Below, piece after piece: positions 10,023 to 20,878 of a stretch of DNA of 64,000 nt. Source of the DNA: Desulfobacterales bacterium (GTDB taxonomy: Bacteria; Desulfobacterota; Desulfobacteria; Desulfobacterales; UBA2174); the NCBI GenBank assembly GCA_963668645.2, contig CAXXWC010000018.1, positions 256,001-320,000 of the forward strand, written 5' to 3'. The position numbers and the translations under genes are program-made. Positions within the stretch are counted from its first letter, which is position 1. Each line of letters starts with the position of its first letter. The notes beneath the pieces were generated by a model. That model made no database searches. It saw nothing but the letters and a program-made list of their open reading frames with translations, and was not told where the DNA came from.

Positions 10023-10478
10023 ATGAAAATGCAGTTGGTTGTCGTGTTTTTTTGCGTTGCAGTTTTGGGGTTTGCATCGGGTCTATATCCGGCCATGGCC
10101 GGTCAGGGCGATACGACTTGGCAAGTGCTTGCCCATATCGATAAGGTCCTGGATGAAAATCCGCTTCCACAGGGAAAAGACTCGCAGCTTATCAAGGTCG
10201 CCGAAGACGATACCGTCAGCATGTATGTCGTGCGGATGATGCCGGGCTCGGAACTCGGCCCCCACTTTCACCAAGGGCATGACGAGATCGAGTACGTAAT
10301 CCGTGGCCAGGCCGAGCTGTTGATAGACGACGAGTGGCGGCAGTTCAAGGCGGGCAGCATCCATTTCAATCCCAAAACGAAGGTGCACGCGGCGCGCAAT
10401 CGAAGCGACGCGCCGCTCATCGTACTCATCGCCTTTACCCCGGCAATGAGAGAGACGGACCGCCACTTTCTCAAATAA
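10023..10478 (+). CDS. Exported cupin-domain protein
   Basis: Signal peptide; cupin motifs HFH..DEIEYVIRG and FNPKTKVH. Confidence 0.8.
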   Translation: MKMQLVVVFFCVAVLGFASGLYPAMAGQGDTTWQVLAHIDKVLDENPLPQGKDSQLIKVAEDDTVSMYVVRMMPGSELGPHFHQGHDEIEYVIRGQAELLIDDEWRQFKAGSIHFNPKTKVHAARNRSDAPLIVLIAFTPAMRETDRHFLK

Positions 10479-10613
10479 GCAAAGCTCTATGGACAGCTCG
10501 ATACCAGAAGTCCGGCGCCTCCAGGCAAGCTCCAGGCCGGAAGGCGCCGGCTGACCGAAATCGCCACACTTTCAACCCGCCCACCGTCTCCCGCAGCCCC
10601 CCCCATTTTTTTC

Positions 10614-10662
10614 TTGACAACGATTTGGCGGCGGTTTAATGCTGGTTCATTGGCTCAACCAA
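10614..10662 (+). promoter_or_regulatory. Probable promoter (-35 TTGACA) and FadR/GntR-type operator TTGGCTCAACCAA
   Basis: TTGACA at 10614-10619; TTGG-N5-CCAA palindrome at 10650-10662 upstream of a FadR-family gene; -10 element not clean. Confidence 0.5.
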
Positions 10663-10700
10663 GCACCCAACTGACCATACAACCATAAGGCAGGCGACCG

Positions 10701-11399
10701 ATGAACCCCAATTTATACCCCAAGATCCGCCAAGAATCTATTTTCGAGAAAATTATCAGCCACATAAAGGATCAGCTGAACTGCGGCAATTTAAACGCGG
10801 GAGATCAGTTGCCAACAGAGAGAGATCTGTCGGAGATGATGGGGGTGAACCGCCATTCCGTGCGAGAGGCATTTCGTGTCCTTGAATTTTTAGGGGTGAT
10901 CGAGCGCAAAGTCGGGGTCGGGACGGTTGTCAAGAATGTGGGGCAGGATCTGCTTGCGGAGCGTCTGAAGCACGCTCCGGATTTTTCGCCGGACAGCTTC
11001 TTGTGCGAGCTGCTCGAGCTGAGGATGGTTCTGGAACCCGCGATGGCTTCCTTGGCCGCTAAGCGTGCGACCGAGGCGGAAATAGAGGAAATGGCGCATG
11101 CGATCCGGGAACTGAAGGCCAAGGTTGATCATGTGGGAGAGGCAGCCAGCGCAGATATCCGATTGCACATGGTGATTGCCAAGGCAACTCACAATATAAC
11201 GTTTTCACGGCTTTTTGAGCCCGTCTTGTCAATGCTCTCCCACATCAGGGAACGGATGAAAAAAGTTCGTTCACGACGTCAATCGATAATCACCGAGCAC
11301 GAGGATATATTCAACGCCATCGAAAGCCGGGATAGCAAGAAGGCGGAAGAAGCCATGCGATACCATCTTACCCAGCTGAGAAAAAGCATAATGGAGTGA
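10701..11399 (+). CDS. GntR/FadR-family transcriptional regulator
   Basis: GDQLPTERDLSEMMGVNRHSVREA wHTH plus FCD domain. Confidence 0.92.
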   Translation: MNPNLYPKIRQESIFEKIISHIKDQLNCGNLNAGDQLPTERDLSEMMGVNRHSVREAFRVLEFLGVIERKVGVGTVVKNVGQDLLAERLKHAPDFSPDSFLCELLELRMVLEPAMASLAAKRATEAEIEEMAHAIRELKAKVDHVGEAASADIRLHMVIAKATHNITFSRLFEPVLSMLSHIRERMKKVRSRRQSIITEHEDIFNAIESRDSKKAEEAMRYHLTQLRKSIME

Positions 11400-11408
11400 G
11401 CAGCCGAC

Positions 11409-12281
11409 ATGGCAAAGCGCATGAGCAAGGCAAAGCAGCTAAGAGAAAGTCTTTCAAAAGGGCCCCTTGTTATCCCGGGCGGGTTTTCGCCGCTAGTCGG
11501 GATGATTGCAGAGCAGCTGGGATATTCAGCTGTATACATGAGTGGTTATGGAACTTCAGCCTTTCGGTTGGGACTGCCCGATGTCGGGCTGATTTCGTTG
11601 CCGGAAATGGTGGATGCGGCAAAAAATTTTGCCCGTTCGATCTCTATCCCTCTTATTGCGGACGCAGATACCGGGTATGGCAATGTAATCAATGTCATCA
11701 GGACGCTGCATGAGTTTGAGGCCGCGGGGGTCGCCGGTCTGCAACTAGAAGATCAGATCTGGCCGAAAAAATGCGGTCATATGGAAGGAAAGGCAATTAT
11801 CCCGGAACGCGAAATGGTAGGGAAGATCCGAGCTTGTGTTGATGCCAAAACCGATGAAGATTTTTTGATCATCGCTCGAACGGATGCAAGGACGGTGGAA
11901 GGATATAAAGAGGCAATCAAGCGTGCCAATAGTTATGCTGATGCCGGTGCGGATATAATCTTTGTCGAGTCTCCACTAACCGAAGAAGAAGTGCGTGAAG
12001 TCCCGAAAGTCGTCAAGGCTCCTGTTTTGATCAATATGTCTGAAGGCGCAAAAACCCCATTGTTTACGAGTCAGGAGTTAATGGAATTCGGCTATCGGAT
12101 CATTCTGTGGCCGAGTTCGGCAACATGGGCAGCCGCAGGGGCGATAAAAGAGGTGCTGGAAGTTCTTCTTCGCGAGGGAACTACGACGGCGCTGGAAGAA
12201 AAGATGGTTGATTTCAAAAGATTCAACGATCTTATCGGATTGAAAAAAATATATGAGGTCGAAGCCAGATATAATCGATGA
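11409..12281 (+). CDS. Isocitrate lyase/PEP mutase family C-C lyase (PrpB / 2,3-dimethylmalate lyase-like)
   Basis: DADTGYG, LEDQ.WPKKCGHM, IARTDA, IFVES. Confidence 0.88.
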   Translation: MAKRMSKAKQLRESLSKGPLVIPGGFSPLVGMIAEQLGYSAVYMSGYGTSAFRLGLPDVGLISLPEMVDAAKNFARSISIPLIADADTGYGNVINVIRTLHEFEAAGVAGLQLEDQIWPKKCGHMEGKAIIPEREMVGKIRACVDAKTDEDFLIIARTDARTVEGYKEAIKRANSYADAGADIIFVESPLTEEEVREVPKVVKAPVLINMSEGAKTPLFTSQELMEFGYRIILWPSSATWAAAGAIKEVLEVLLREGTTTALEEKMVDFKRFNDLIGLKKIYEVEARYNR

Positions 12282-12347
12282 TGTTTGTACAAAGGCGAAG
12301 GGATGTCCGGTAGTTGAGCTAATTTATCAATCAGAAGGAGGGGTATC

Positions 12348-13364
12348 ATGAGTAAGCGAAAGTCAATTTTGAGTATCGCTGTTGTGATCGCGGTACTGGC
12401 GATGGGCTTGACTCCAGCCATGGCCAAGGCGGAGACCGTGAAGATGAGAGTGGCTGGTACAGCCCCAAGCGGCCATTTCGGTTACAAGACATGCCAGGAG
12501 ATGGGCAAGAGGTTGACTGAGAAATCAGGGGTCAAAGTAAAGATCAATGTGCTTGGAGATGCAGTACTCGGTGGCGATATTGAGCTCGTACGCGGCGTAC
12601 AAAACGGGAGTATCGATGCAGCGCTGGCCTGCGGTTTTGCGATTGCGAATATCACGGGAATGAAGGAGTTCCAGATTGCTGAACTTCCATTTCTTTTCCC
12701 GACGAAAAAGGTCGCATACAAGGTGCTAGATGATACCATCGGACCTTCATTGTTTCCGAAATTGAGAGATAAAGGCATCATGGCATGGTCATTCTGGGAT
12801 CTCGGATACCGTCATATGACGAGCAACGGCAAGGCGATCCTTGATCCTTCTGACTTGGATCGGATGAAGATGAGAATTCCACAGTTGCCGATGTTTATCG
12901 ACATGTTCAAGGCCTGGGGAGTCAATCCGGTACCGATTTCGAGAGGTGAACTCTATTCGGCGCTTCAGCAGGGAGTTATTGACGGGCAGGAAAACCCTGT
13001 GGGCGTGATTTACAATGGAAAGCTCCAGGAGGTACAAGACTCCTTGTCCCTGACAGGGCATGTTGAAATGCAGTACTTTCTTATCGTAAGCCGAAGTTTT
13101 TTTGAAAAGCTGCCCGAAAAAGTCCAGAAAGTGTTTCCTGAAGTCGTTGTTGGGCTGGCTTCCTATAACAGGGAGTTGTCAGACAAAGACGATGTGGATG
13201 GAATTGAGAAGTTGAAAAAAGACGGAATGAAAGTATATGAGTTGAGTCTGGAACAGAAGATGAAGTTTAAGAAGGCTGCAGAAAGTGTTTACGGTAAGTG
13301 GGAAAAGGAAATTAACAGCCCCCTATTTAACCAGGTACTCGAAGCCGTTTCAGTGTCAAAATAA
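12348..13364 (+). CDS. dctP: TRAP transporter substrate-binding protein
   Basis: Signal peptide; GYRH, KMRIP, ELYSALQQGVIDGQENP. Confidence 0.92.
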   Translation: MSKRKSILSIAVVIAVLAMGLTPAMAKAETVKMRVAGTAPSGHFGYKTCQEMGKRLTEKSGVKVKINVLGDAVLGGDIELVRGVQNGSIDAALACGFAIANITGMKEFQIAELPFLFPTKKVAYKVLDDTIGPSLFPKLRDKGIMAWSFWDLGYRHMTSNGKAILDPSDLDRMKMRIPQLPMFIDMFKAWGVNPVPISRGELYSALQQGVIDGQENPVGVIYNGKLQEVQDSLSLTGHVEMQYFLIVSRSFFEKLPEKVQKVFPEVVVGLASYNRELSDKDDVDGIEKLKKDGMKVYELSLEQKMKFKKAAESVYGKWEKEINSPLFNQVLEAVSVSK

Positions 13365-13568
13365 CACAGTTTAAATGATAGAAAGAGGCTCGGCTGATGT
13401 CGAGATAGGCCGAAAACGGCCTCTTGATATCTATATCCAGTGATTTGTGCCGAGCCTCTTTCCATAGACTGAAATACCATCCGGAATGCCGTGAAAACGG
13501 CATCCAATTCAAAACAATTTTAACCTTATCCGATGCGGTTTTTTCGGCATACTGTAATCGAGGTGGGC

Positions 13569-14009
13569 ATGATAAAAAAAGCCGTTGAATACTTTGTTAT
13601 CCTGCTATGTTCGGTGCTTGTGATAGTCAATATTCTACAAGTGCTGCTGAGGTATGTCTTCGGGACATCGTTGGTCTGTTCAGAGGAGCTGTCCCGGTAT
13701 ACCATGATTTGGATGGCTTTTTTGGCTGCCGGATTATTAGGCCTGGATAATGGTCACTCGAAGATTACTTTGATAATGAAAATTAAATTTTGGAAAATTC
13801 CTTATACGATAGTCGAGTTGATTTCATCTTTCATGCTTGTCATTATCATCATCGCAGGCATAAAAATTAGCGTTCAAAGTTGGAGCCAACCTCTTCCAAC
13901 CTTACCGATTTCAGCGGGTGTAGCCTATCTTGCGCTGCCACTTGGAATGATAATACTGCTCATTGCGGTTATTCGCCAGGCGATAAGTAGAGGAAAGGAT
14001 CATAAATGA
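13569..14009 (+). CDS. dctQ: TRAP small permease
   Basis: QVLLRYVF...SEELSRY..IWMAFL; 4 TM helices; RBS GAGGTGG before ATG 13569. Confidence 0.88.
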   Translation: MIKKAVEYFVILLCSVLVIVNILQVLLRYVFGTSLVCSEELSRYTMIWMAFLAAGLLGLDNGHSKITLIMKIKFWKIPYTIVELISSFMLVIIIIAGIKISVQSWSQPLPTLPISAGVAYLALPLGMIILLIAVIRQAISRGKDHK

Positions 14010-15295
14010 CAGCGTTGATCACAATTATCGTAGTGCTCTTGGTTCAAGTATTTCTCGGGATGCGCATTTCCATCGCAATCGCCTCCAGTGGGATAATCAC
14101 CTACATAATGTTTTATGGCGAAATCCCCTTCGATGTATTGTCTTCCTCTATGTTCATGGGGTTGAACTCCTTTCCACTGATAGCGCTGCCTTTGTTCGTT
14201 CTGGCCGGTGAGCTGATGAATGAAGGCGGTATGTCCAAAAAGCTGGTGGAGTTTGCCTATCAGATCATCGGGCGAGCCCGTGGCGGGCTTTCATATGTGG
14301 CGACGGTTTCCGCAATGCTGTTTGCAGGCGTTTCAGGTTCAGCAGTCGCAGACACAGCCGCAATCGCATCGATATTGACGCCTGAAATGGCCAAAAAGGG
14401 GTATCCCAAAAATTTCAATGTGGCGGTAATTGCAGCATCGGGAACAATAGGACCGATCATCCCGCCGAGTGTGCCAATGATCGTTTACGCGATTATCGCG
14501 GGGGTTTCAATCGGAAAGCTTTTCGTCGCCGGGTACATTCCAGGGCTGATGCTCGGATTGGGTTTTATGCTTGTCAGTTACATTCTTTGCAATAAGATGA
14601 AGCTTGCGAGAAGCGAAAAATATTCTTTAAGTGATGTGGCTAAATCCTTCATAGATGCGATATGGGCTCTCCTGTTTCCTATCATTGTAATGGGAGTGAT
14701 CCTGGCAGGGATCTGTTCGGCCACAGAGGCGGCAGCCATAGCGGTTTTATATTCTTTTGTTGTCGGGTTTTTTATTTACAGGAAGATTTCGATTAAAACA
14801 ATTCCTGGAATTATATTAAAAACGGCAAAAGTCGCATCGAATATATTCCTGATTATTGCCGCTGCAAATTTTTTGGGTTGGATTATGGCCTATGAGGGAA
14901 TCCCCCAAGAGGTCTCCGAGGCACTTTTAGCGCTATCGAGCAATCCGACCGTCGTCTTGTATATCATTCTGTTGCTTCTGCTTATAATCGGAATATTCAT
15001 GGAGACCACAGCCGCACAGTTGATCCTGGTTCCCGTCTTGCTGCCTGTTCTTGTCGAGTTGGGGATTGATCCGCTTTTCTTTGGCGTTTTTATGGTCGTC
15101 GCTCTGGCAGTCGGATTTTTAACTCCACCCGTAGGAGTGGTGCTATATGTGGTCTCTTCGGTAGCTAACGTGGATGTTGAGACTGTCTTTAAACATTCGT
15201 TTGCATACATCGCAGTGATGATCCTGGTATTGATAATAATGATCCACTTCCAGGGATTGATAATGTGGCTACCAGAGGTTGTCTTTGCAAAGTAA
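14006..15295 (+). CDS. dctM: TRAP large permease
   Basis: SGSAVAD, IIPPSVPM, TPPVG motifs. Confidence 0.93.
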   Translation: MTALITIIVVLLVQVFLGMRISIAIASSGIITYIMFYGEIPFDVLSSSMFMGLNSFPLIALPLFVLAGELMNEGGMSKKLVEFAYQIIGRARGGLSYVATVSAMLFAGVSGSAVADTAAIASILTPEMAKKGYPKNFNVAVIAASGTIGPIIPPSVPMIVYAIIAGVSIGKLFVAGYIPGLMLGLGFMLVSYILCNKMKLARSEKYSLSDVAKSFIDAIWALLFPIIVMGVILAGICSATEAAAIAVLYSFVVGFFIYRKISIKTIPGIILKTAKVASNIFLIIAAANFLGWIMAYEGIPQEVSEALLALSSNPTVVLYIILLLLLIIGIFMETTAAQLILVPVLLPVLVELGIDPLFFGVFMVVALAVGFLTPPVGVVLYVVSSVANVDVETVFKHSFAYIAVMILVLIIMIHFQGLIMWLPEVVFAK

Positions 15296-15318
15296 TATAA
15301 TTTAAAGTTAGGTTGACC

Positions 15319-16218
15319 ATGAAAGTGTCGGACAAGATAAACGGCCTTTTGAAAGGCGCTTGGGACATGCATGTTCACGGGTATCCGGAGATATCATTCG
15401 ATGTGCAGCAACAGCTCGATGATATCGAAGTAGCGCAGGAAATAGAAAGCGCAGGAATGCGTGGATTTGTGTTGAAATCTCACTTTTGGCCGACGGTTGG
15501 AAGATCATACCATCTGAAAAAAAGGTTCCCATCCATAAAGATCCTGCCAAGTATAACCCTGAATACAACAGTTGGCGGTCTGAATCCGGTTTCTGTCGAA
15601 AGTGCAGCAAGACAAGGGGCAAAAGTGATTTACATGCCGACTTGGTCGGCCGATAATGATTTGAAAAGAAACGGGTTTTCCAGGTACTTGAGAGGCTATA
15701 TAGATAGGTTCAGCTCAGATTGTAAAAACGAAGGACTCAGGCTGCTAGATTCAAAAAATTTGATAAAGGAGGATGTCCGGGAGATAATACGGATTGCAAA
15801 AACTTTTAAAATGATCATCGCTACAGGCCATGTCTCTGTCGAAGAAAGTCTGGCTATGATTGACGAAGCCGGGCGGCTTGATTTTAGTTCCATAATCTTT
15901 AATCATCCCAATAGCCATTCCATCGGTGCAAAGATTGAAGACATGGAATTGATGGCGAGCAAGGGTGCGTATATCGAATTTTGTGCTTTAGGATTGATGC
16001 CAGTATTCCAAATCGTCCGTCCGGATGATCTTAAGAACATGATAAGACGGATAGGGGTAGACAAATGCATATTGTCAAGCGATTACTTTTTCGAATGGGC
16101 CCCGTCGCCTCCTGAAATGCTGAAATTGGCGGTATCGTCACTGCTCAGTGTTGGAATGGAGGAAGAAGAGATCGTGCAAATAGCCCGGACGAACCAGGAA
16201 AAATTATTGACAAAATAA
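15319..16218 (+). CDS. Amidohydrolase-superfamily TIM-barrel protein (DUF6282-like)
   Basis: DMHVH, LKSH, MPT, ATGH, NHP, LSSD metal-ligand pattern. Confidence 0.7.
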   Translation: MKVSDKINGLLKGAWDMHVHGYPEISFDVQQQLDDIEVAQEIESAGMRGFVLKSHFWPTVGRSYHLKKRFPSIKILPSITLNTTVGGLNPVSVESAARQGAKVIYMPTWSADNDLKRNGFSRYLRGYIDRFSSDCKNEGLRLLDSKNLIKEDVREIIRIAKTFKMIIATGHVSVEESLAMIDEAGRLDFSSIIFNHPNSHSIGAKIEDMELMASKGAYIEFCALGLMPVFQIVRPDDLKNMIRRIGVDKCILSSDYFFEWAPSPPEMLKLAVSSLLSVGMEEEEIVQIARTNQEKLLTK

Positions 16219-16263
16219 ACCGATCTTGTCGTAAATCTGTTTGATCAAAAGAAAGATGCTGAC

Positions 16264-17427
16264 ATGTATGATTTATTGATAAAAAATGCACACTTGGTAG
16301 ACAAGTCGGAAAATATAAATCAAATCGGATCCGTTGCTGTAAGAAATGGAAAGATTGAAAAAGTATGCATGCAAAACAGTGTCTATGATTCCGAAACGAT
16401 TATAGACGCCAGAGGATTATATTTGTCTGCAGGACTGATTGATTTGCACTGCCACCCTGTTGCGGAATTGTGCGATTTGGGTGCTGAAGCGGACAGGGTC
16501 GGAATCGAATGCGGGGTTTCAACATTGTGCGATGGAGGAAGTGCCGGGTGCGATACCTTCATGGCAATGGAAAAACTCGTTATCGATAAGTCGATTACGG
16601 AAATTTTCAGCTTTCTCAACATCGCGCGTACGGGATTGGTTAAAATTCCTGAAATCAGCCACATCAGTGATATCAATATAGAGAAAACCAAAAAGATTAT
16701 CGCATCGAAACCGGATCGTATAAAGGGTGTAAAGGTGCGGGTAGTGGAAAGCCTCGAAAAGACAGTCGGCATAGAGGCGGTAAAAATAGCGAAAGAAATC
16801 GCGGTTAAGTTTGGATTGCCGCTTATGATGCATATCGGAGAATCGCGCAAAAGGAAACCCTCTGATACGATGGATTCTTTTTCGCGAAATGCGGTTTCCT
16901 ATCTTGAAGAAGGGGATATCCTGAGCCACTATCTCACGTGGGAGGCCGGTGGCCTTATCTTTGAAAATGGCCAAGTCGATAGAGCGCTTGAATTGGCAAT
17001 CGACAGGGGCGTTGCACTGGACTCGTGCCATGGATTGAATCATTTCAGCTCTAAAATAGCGAAGATCGCCATTGATAAAGGTATACTGCCAACGATTATA
17101 AGTACGGATATGTCTGCACCATCAGCTGCGGTTGTGCAATCGTTAGCGGTCGTTATGTCCAAGTTTTTAAACATGGGCTTATCGATTGACGATATAATCA
17201 ATATGACTTCTTATAATCCGGCTAAGCTATTGAAAATAGACAATACCAGTGGATCTTTGAAAATCGGAAAAGCTGCAAATATGTTTATTTTTTCGATTGA
17301 AGACGGGAATTACTGCTTCAAAGATGGCAACAGCGGAGAAACAGTGACAGGCGAAAAACTGATAGAGCCAAGGATGACGATTTTAAGAGGGAAAACTTAT
17401 CCTGCATATTCGAATTATCATTTGTAG
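16264..17427 (+). CDS. Amidohydrolase/deacetylase family metallohydrolase (dihydroorotase-like)
   Basis: GLIDLHCH, DGGSAG, GVKVR, MHIG, ISTD, NPAKLL. Confidence 0.85.
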   Translation: MYDLLIKNAHLVDKSENINQIGSVAVRNGKIEKVCMQNSVYDSETIIDARGLYLSAGLIDLHCHPVAELCDLGAEADRVGIECGVSTLCDGGSAGCDTFMAMEKLVIDKSITEIFSFLNIARTGLVKIPEISHISDINIEKTKKIIASKPDRIKGVKVRVVESLEKTVGIEAVKIAKEIAVKFGLPLMMHIGESRKRKPSDTMDSFSRNAVSYLEEGDILSHYLTWEAGGLIFENGQVDRALELAIDRGVALDSCHGLNHFSSKIAKIAIDKGILPTIISTDMSAPSAAVVQSLAVVMSKFLNMGLSIDDIINMTSYNPAKLLKIDNTSGSLKIGKAANMFIFSIEDGNYCFKDGNSGETVTGEKLIEPRMTILRGKTYPAYSNYHL

Positions 17428-17467
17428 ACTGTCCATAGATGGAGGGCGTTCAAAAAGGAGATGGTAG

Positions 17468-18859
17468 ATGAGTATCACAGTTGTTGGTGGAGGCCCGGCA
17501 GGCTATGTAGCCGCAATAAGAGCGGCACAGTTGGGCAATTCCGTTAAACTGATCGAAAACGGCACGCTAGGCGGCACTTGCCTCAACAGAGGCTGCATTC
17601 CGACAAAATCCTTGTTGCAGGATCTCAAGCTGATTCACGCATGCCGGAAAAATGGTTTTATTACCGGAGGTGAACAGCCGGACAATATTTTGATCGAGAA
17701 AATTCTTGCCAAGAAGAATGCCTCTGTCAAAAAAATGGTTGAAGGAATCAGGCTGCTATTGGGCTCATACGGAATCGAGGTTATTAAAGGTCGTGCTGAT
17801 TTCATCGGCACCAACAAGCTCGTTCTGGAAAGAGAAAATGGCCCGGCAGAAGAACTCGCCTTTGAAAAGCTTGTTTTGTGCAATGGATCCTGTCCCAGGA
17901 CCATTCAGGGCATAGAGCCGGATGGCAGGATCGTGCTGACCTCCGATGACATATTAGGTGCCGATAAGCTGCCGGGGAGTTTGATTATCGTTGGAGCGGG
18001 TTATATCGGCATAGAGTTTGCCTTTATTTTCAAGATGATGGGAGTTGATGTGACGCTCGTGGAATCAGAGCAGAGAGTGGTTCCGGGCATCGATCTGGAG
18101 TTGAGCAGATACATCGAGAGGATTCTTAAGCAAAACAGGATCAGGATAGAAAAAAATACAATAATCAAGGATTTTAAAAAAGAATCTGACAAAGCGGTTA
18201 TAACGGTGGAATGCAACGGGAGGACTCAAGAGTTGTTTTCCGAGGCACTGCTTTTATCCGTCGGCAGAAAAGCGGAAATAAACATGAACTTCGCCACTGC
18301 CGGAATAGAAATCGAGAATGGATTTGTAAAAGTAGACAACTATCTTAAAACAACAGCCGATAATGTTTATGCTGCAGGAGATGTTATCGGCGGGCTGCTG
18401 CTGGCATATGTAGCCTCTGCTGAAGGGGAGATGGCGGTTGAAAACGCATCGGGTAAAATGGTGTCTATAAAGCCCGTAACTACCCCCTTTTGTATCTTTT
18501 CTAACCCGACGGTGGCCAGCGTAGGAGATACAGAGGAGGACGCTAATAAGAATGGGGCCGTAAAGATCGGAAGATTCCCGTTCAGGGCGAATCCGAAGGC
18601 AAATATTCTAGGAGAAGTGGATGGGTTTATAAAAGTAATTGCCGATAAGGAGACCGATATTGTTAGAGGAGTGCATATCATCGGCCCAGATGCTGATACT
18701 CTGATTTCGGCGGCAGCAGTGGTCGTAGATCAGAAAATTAAATTGAAGGAGTTTACCAACATATTGCAGCATCATCCTTCGACCAGTGAAGCACTGAAAG
18801 AGGCCTTCTTAGATGCCGATAAGATGGCGATACATCTTGCCAAAATCAAAAGACCATAA
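17468..18859 (+). CDS. lpdA: Dihydrolipoamide dehydrogenase (E3)
   Basis: GGGPAGY, GGTCLNRGCIPTK, GAGYIGIE, C-terminal HPSTSE. Confidence 0.92.
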   Translation: MSITVVGGGPAGYVAAIRAAQLGNSVKLIENGTLGGTCLNRGCIPTKSLLQDLKLIHACRKNGFITGGEQPDNILIEKILAKKNASVKKMVEGIRLLLGSYGIEVIKGRADFIGTNKLVLERENGPAEELAFEKLVLCNGSCPRTIQGIEPDGRIVLTSDDILGADKLPGSLIIVGAGYIGIEFAFIFKMMGVDVTLVESEQRVVPGIDLELSRYIERILKQNRIRIEKNTIIKDFKKESDKAVITVECNGRTQELFSEALLLSVGRKAEINMNFATAGIEIENGFVKVDNYLKTTADNVYAAGDVIGGLLLAYVASAEGEMAVENASGKMVSIKPVTTPFCIFSNPTVASVGDTEEDANKNGAVKIGRFPFRANPKANILGEVDGFIKVIADKETDIVRGVHIIGPDADTLISAAAVVVDQKIKLKEFTNILQHHPSTSEALKEAFLDADKMAIHLAKIKRP

Positions 18860-18879
18860 CTCTCGAATGGAGTCCTGAG

Positions 18880-19896
18880 ATGAAAAGTATAGAAGCCACA
18901 GAAAAGCAAATGCCCATTCCCGATCTTTTGGGGTTGTATGAATTGCTCGTCACTACAAGAGAATTCGAGCTAGCCGTTGCAAAGATCAATGCCCGGAAAA
19001 GCCTTCCGGAAAATCCGCATCTTTGCGTGGGGCAGGAGGCGATCGGCGTAGGCGCCTGTTACAACCTGAGAAGGTCTGATTCGGTCATGCCATCCCTTAG
19101 AGGAAGATCTGTGTTGATTACCAAAGGTGTCCCGCTCGGTGTATTGCTGGCCGGAATCTATGGTAAGGCTACCGGTCCATCACGGGGAAAACATACCACC
19201 CACCATATGGGCGATCTCGATTTCGGAGTCCTCCCTTCCAGTTTGTTGATCGGCTCACAGATACCGATTGCCGTCGGAACGGCCCTCGCATCCAAATACC
19301 AGGGAAAGGATGATGTCTGTTTATGCTTTTTCGGTGACGGCGCATCGAACAGGGGTGATTTTCATGAGGCGTTGAATATTGCGGCAATTCAGTCGCTCCC
19401 GGTTGTATTTGTCTGCGAGAATAATCATTATGCAATCGACACTAACGTTAAAGATTCCATGCGAATAGAAAATATCGCCGATCGTGCCGGCAGTTATGGC
19501 ATGATCGGCAAGTGCATCGATGGAAACGACGTTCTGCAAGTCCACCAGACTGTTCAAGAAGCCATATCCAAGGCGAGAAGCGGAGAAGGCCCTTCCCTGA
19601 TTGAGTGCAAGACCTACCGTTATCGAACACATTCCGAAAGATTTAAAGAGGAAAGGCCCAAAGAAGAGTTAGCGCAATGGATGGAAAGATGTCCGATAAA
19701 GCTATACGAGGAGCATCTTTTCAACACTGAGGTATTAAATCAGTCAAAGAAAGATGAGATCTACAATAGGGTGAACGGGGAGATATCAAAGGCGATCGAA
19801 TTTGCCGAAAACAGCCCTTATCCGGACCCAAAAGAACTATTTGATGATGTTTACACCAATGGATATATAAAGGATGGAAGACTATGCATGAAATGA
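18880..19896 (+). CDS. TPP-dependent 2-oxoacid/acetoin dehydrogenase E1 alpha
   Basis: HLCVGQEA, GDGASN..FHEALN, ENNHYA TPP motif. Confidence 0.92.
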   Translation: MKSIEATEKQMPIPDLLGLYELLVTTREFELAVAKINARKSLPENPHLCVGQEAIGVGACYNLRRSDSVMPSLRGRSVLITKGVPLGVLLAGIYGKATGPSRGKHTTHHMGDLDFGVLPSSLLIGSQIPIAVGTALASKYQGKDDVCLCFFGDGASNRGDFHEALNIAAIQSLPVVFVCENNHYAIDTNVKDSMRIENIADRAGSYGMIGKCIDGNDVLQVHQTVQEAISKARSGEGPSLIECKTYRYRTHSERFKEERPKEELAQWMERCPIKLYEEHLFNTEVLNQSKKDEIYNRVNGEISKAIEFAENSPYPDPKELFDDVYTNGYIKDGRLCMK

Positions 19897-20855
19897 CTTT
19901 TCGTGACGCGATCATGTCTGCAATAGCGGATCAGATGGAAAAAGATCCTGCGGTATTTTTAATCGGTGAAAATGTCGGTAAAGCCGGGGGGGTCTACTTT
20001 CACACGAAGGGACTCTATGAAAAGTTCGGTCCGAGCAGGATCATGGATATGCCGATATCCGAGTCCGGTTTTGTCGGAGCTGCCGTGGGGGCTGCCATCC
20101 AGGGGACAAGACCCATCGTTGACATGATGTTTTCGGATTTTATGCCGTTGGCGATGGATCATCTTGTCAATCATGCTGCAAAGATGAGGTATATGTGTGC
20201 CGGAAGAGCAAAGGTGCCTCTTGTCGTAAGGACCTTCTGCGGCGCCGGCACCAGCCTGGGATGTTCTCATTCCCAGAGCCTCGAGGCCTGGTTCACTCAT
20301 GTGCCCGGGCTAAAGGTGGTGATGCCGTCGACGGCGCAAGATGCAAAGGGATTGATGAACTCTGCTATCCTCGATGATGATCCTGTGATTTTCATAGAGC
20401 ATCGTCTGCTATATTCCCTGCCTGGTCAAGTGCCATCGGATTCTTATACGATTCCCTTCGGAGTCGGCGAGATAAAGCGAGAAGGAAGCGATGTCACCAT
20501 CGTCGCCACCGCCCTGATGGTTCAAAAAAGTCTCAAGGCGGCCGATCTTCTAAGTAAGGAAGGAATAGAGGTCGAGGTTGTGGACCCGCGGACGTTGAAT
20601 CCCCTCGATGTCGATCTGATCGTCTCATCCGTCAAGAAAACCTCCCGACTCGTTGTCGCGCACGAAGCGAATGTGACCTGCGGTATCGGTGCAGAGATAG
20701 CTGCAATTGTCGCCAATAAGGCTTTCGGGTATCTTGACGCGCCTATCGAACGCGTATGCGCTCCCGATGTGCCGATTCCGTTCAGTCCGCCTCTCGAAGA
20801 GGCCTATATACCGGGTGTAAAAGACATCGTAAAAACAGTAAAAGGAATGTTCTGA
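19884..20855 (+). CDS. 2-oxoacid/acetoin dehydrogenase E1 beta
   Basis: MPISESGF, HSQSLEAWF, DPRTLNPLD. Confidence 0.92.
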   Translation: MHEMTFRDAIMSAIADQMEKDPAVFLIGENVGKAGGVYFHTKGLYEKFGPSRIMDMPISESGFVGAAVGAAIQGTRPIVDMMFSDFMPLAMDHLVNHAAKMRYMCAGRAKVPLVVRTFCGAGTSLGCSHSQSLEAWFTHVPGLKVVMPSTAQDAKGLMNSAILDDDPVIFIEHRLLYSLPGQVPSDSYTIPFGVGEIKREGSDVTIVATALMVQKSLKAADLLSKEGIEVEVVDPRTLNPLDVDLIVSSVKKTSRLVVAHEANVTCGIGAEIAAIVANKAFGYLDAPIERVCAPDVPIPFSPPLEEAYIPGVKDIVKTVKGMF

Positions 20856-20878
20856 AAAAGAACATAGGAGATTTGAAG

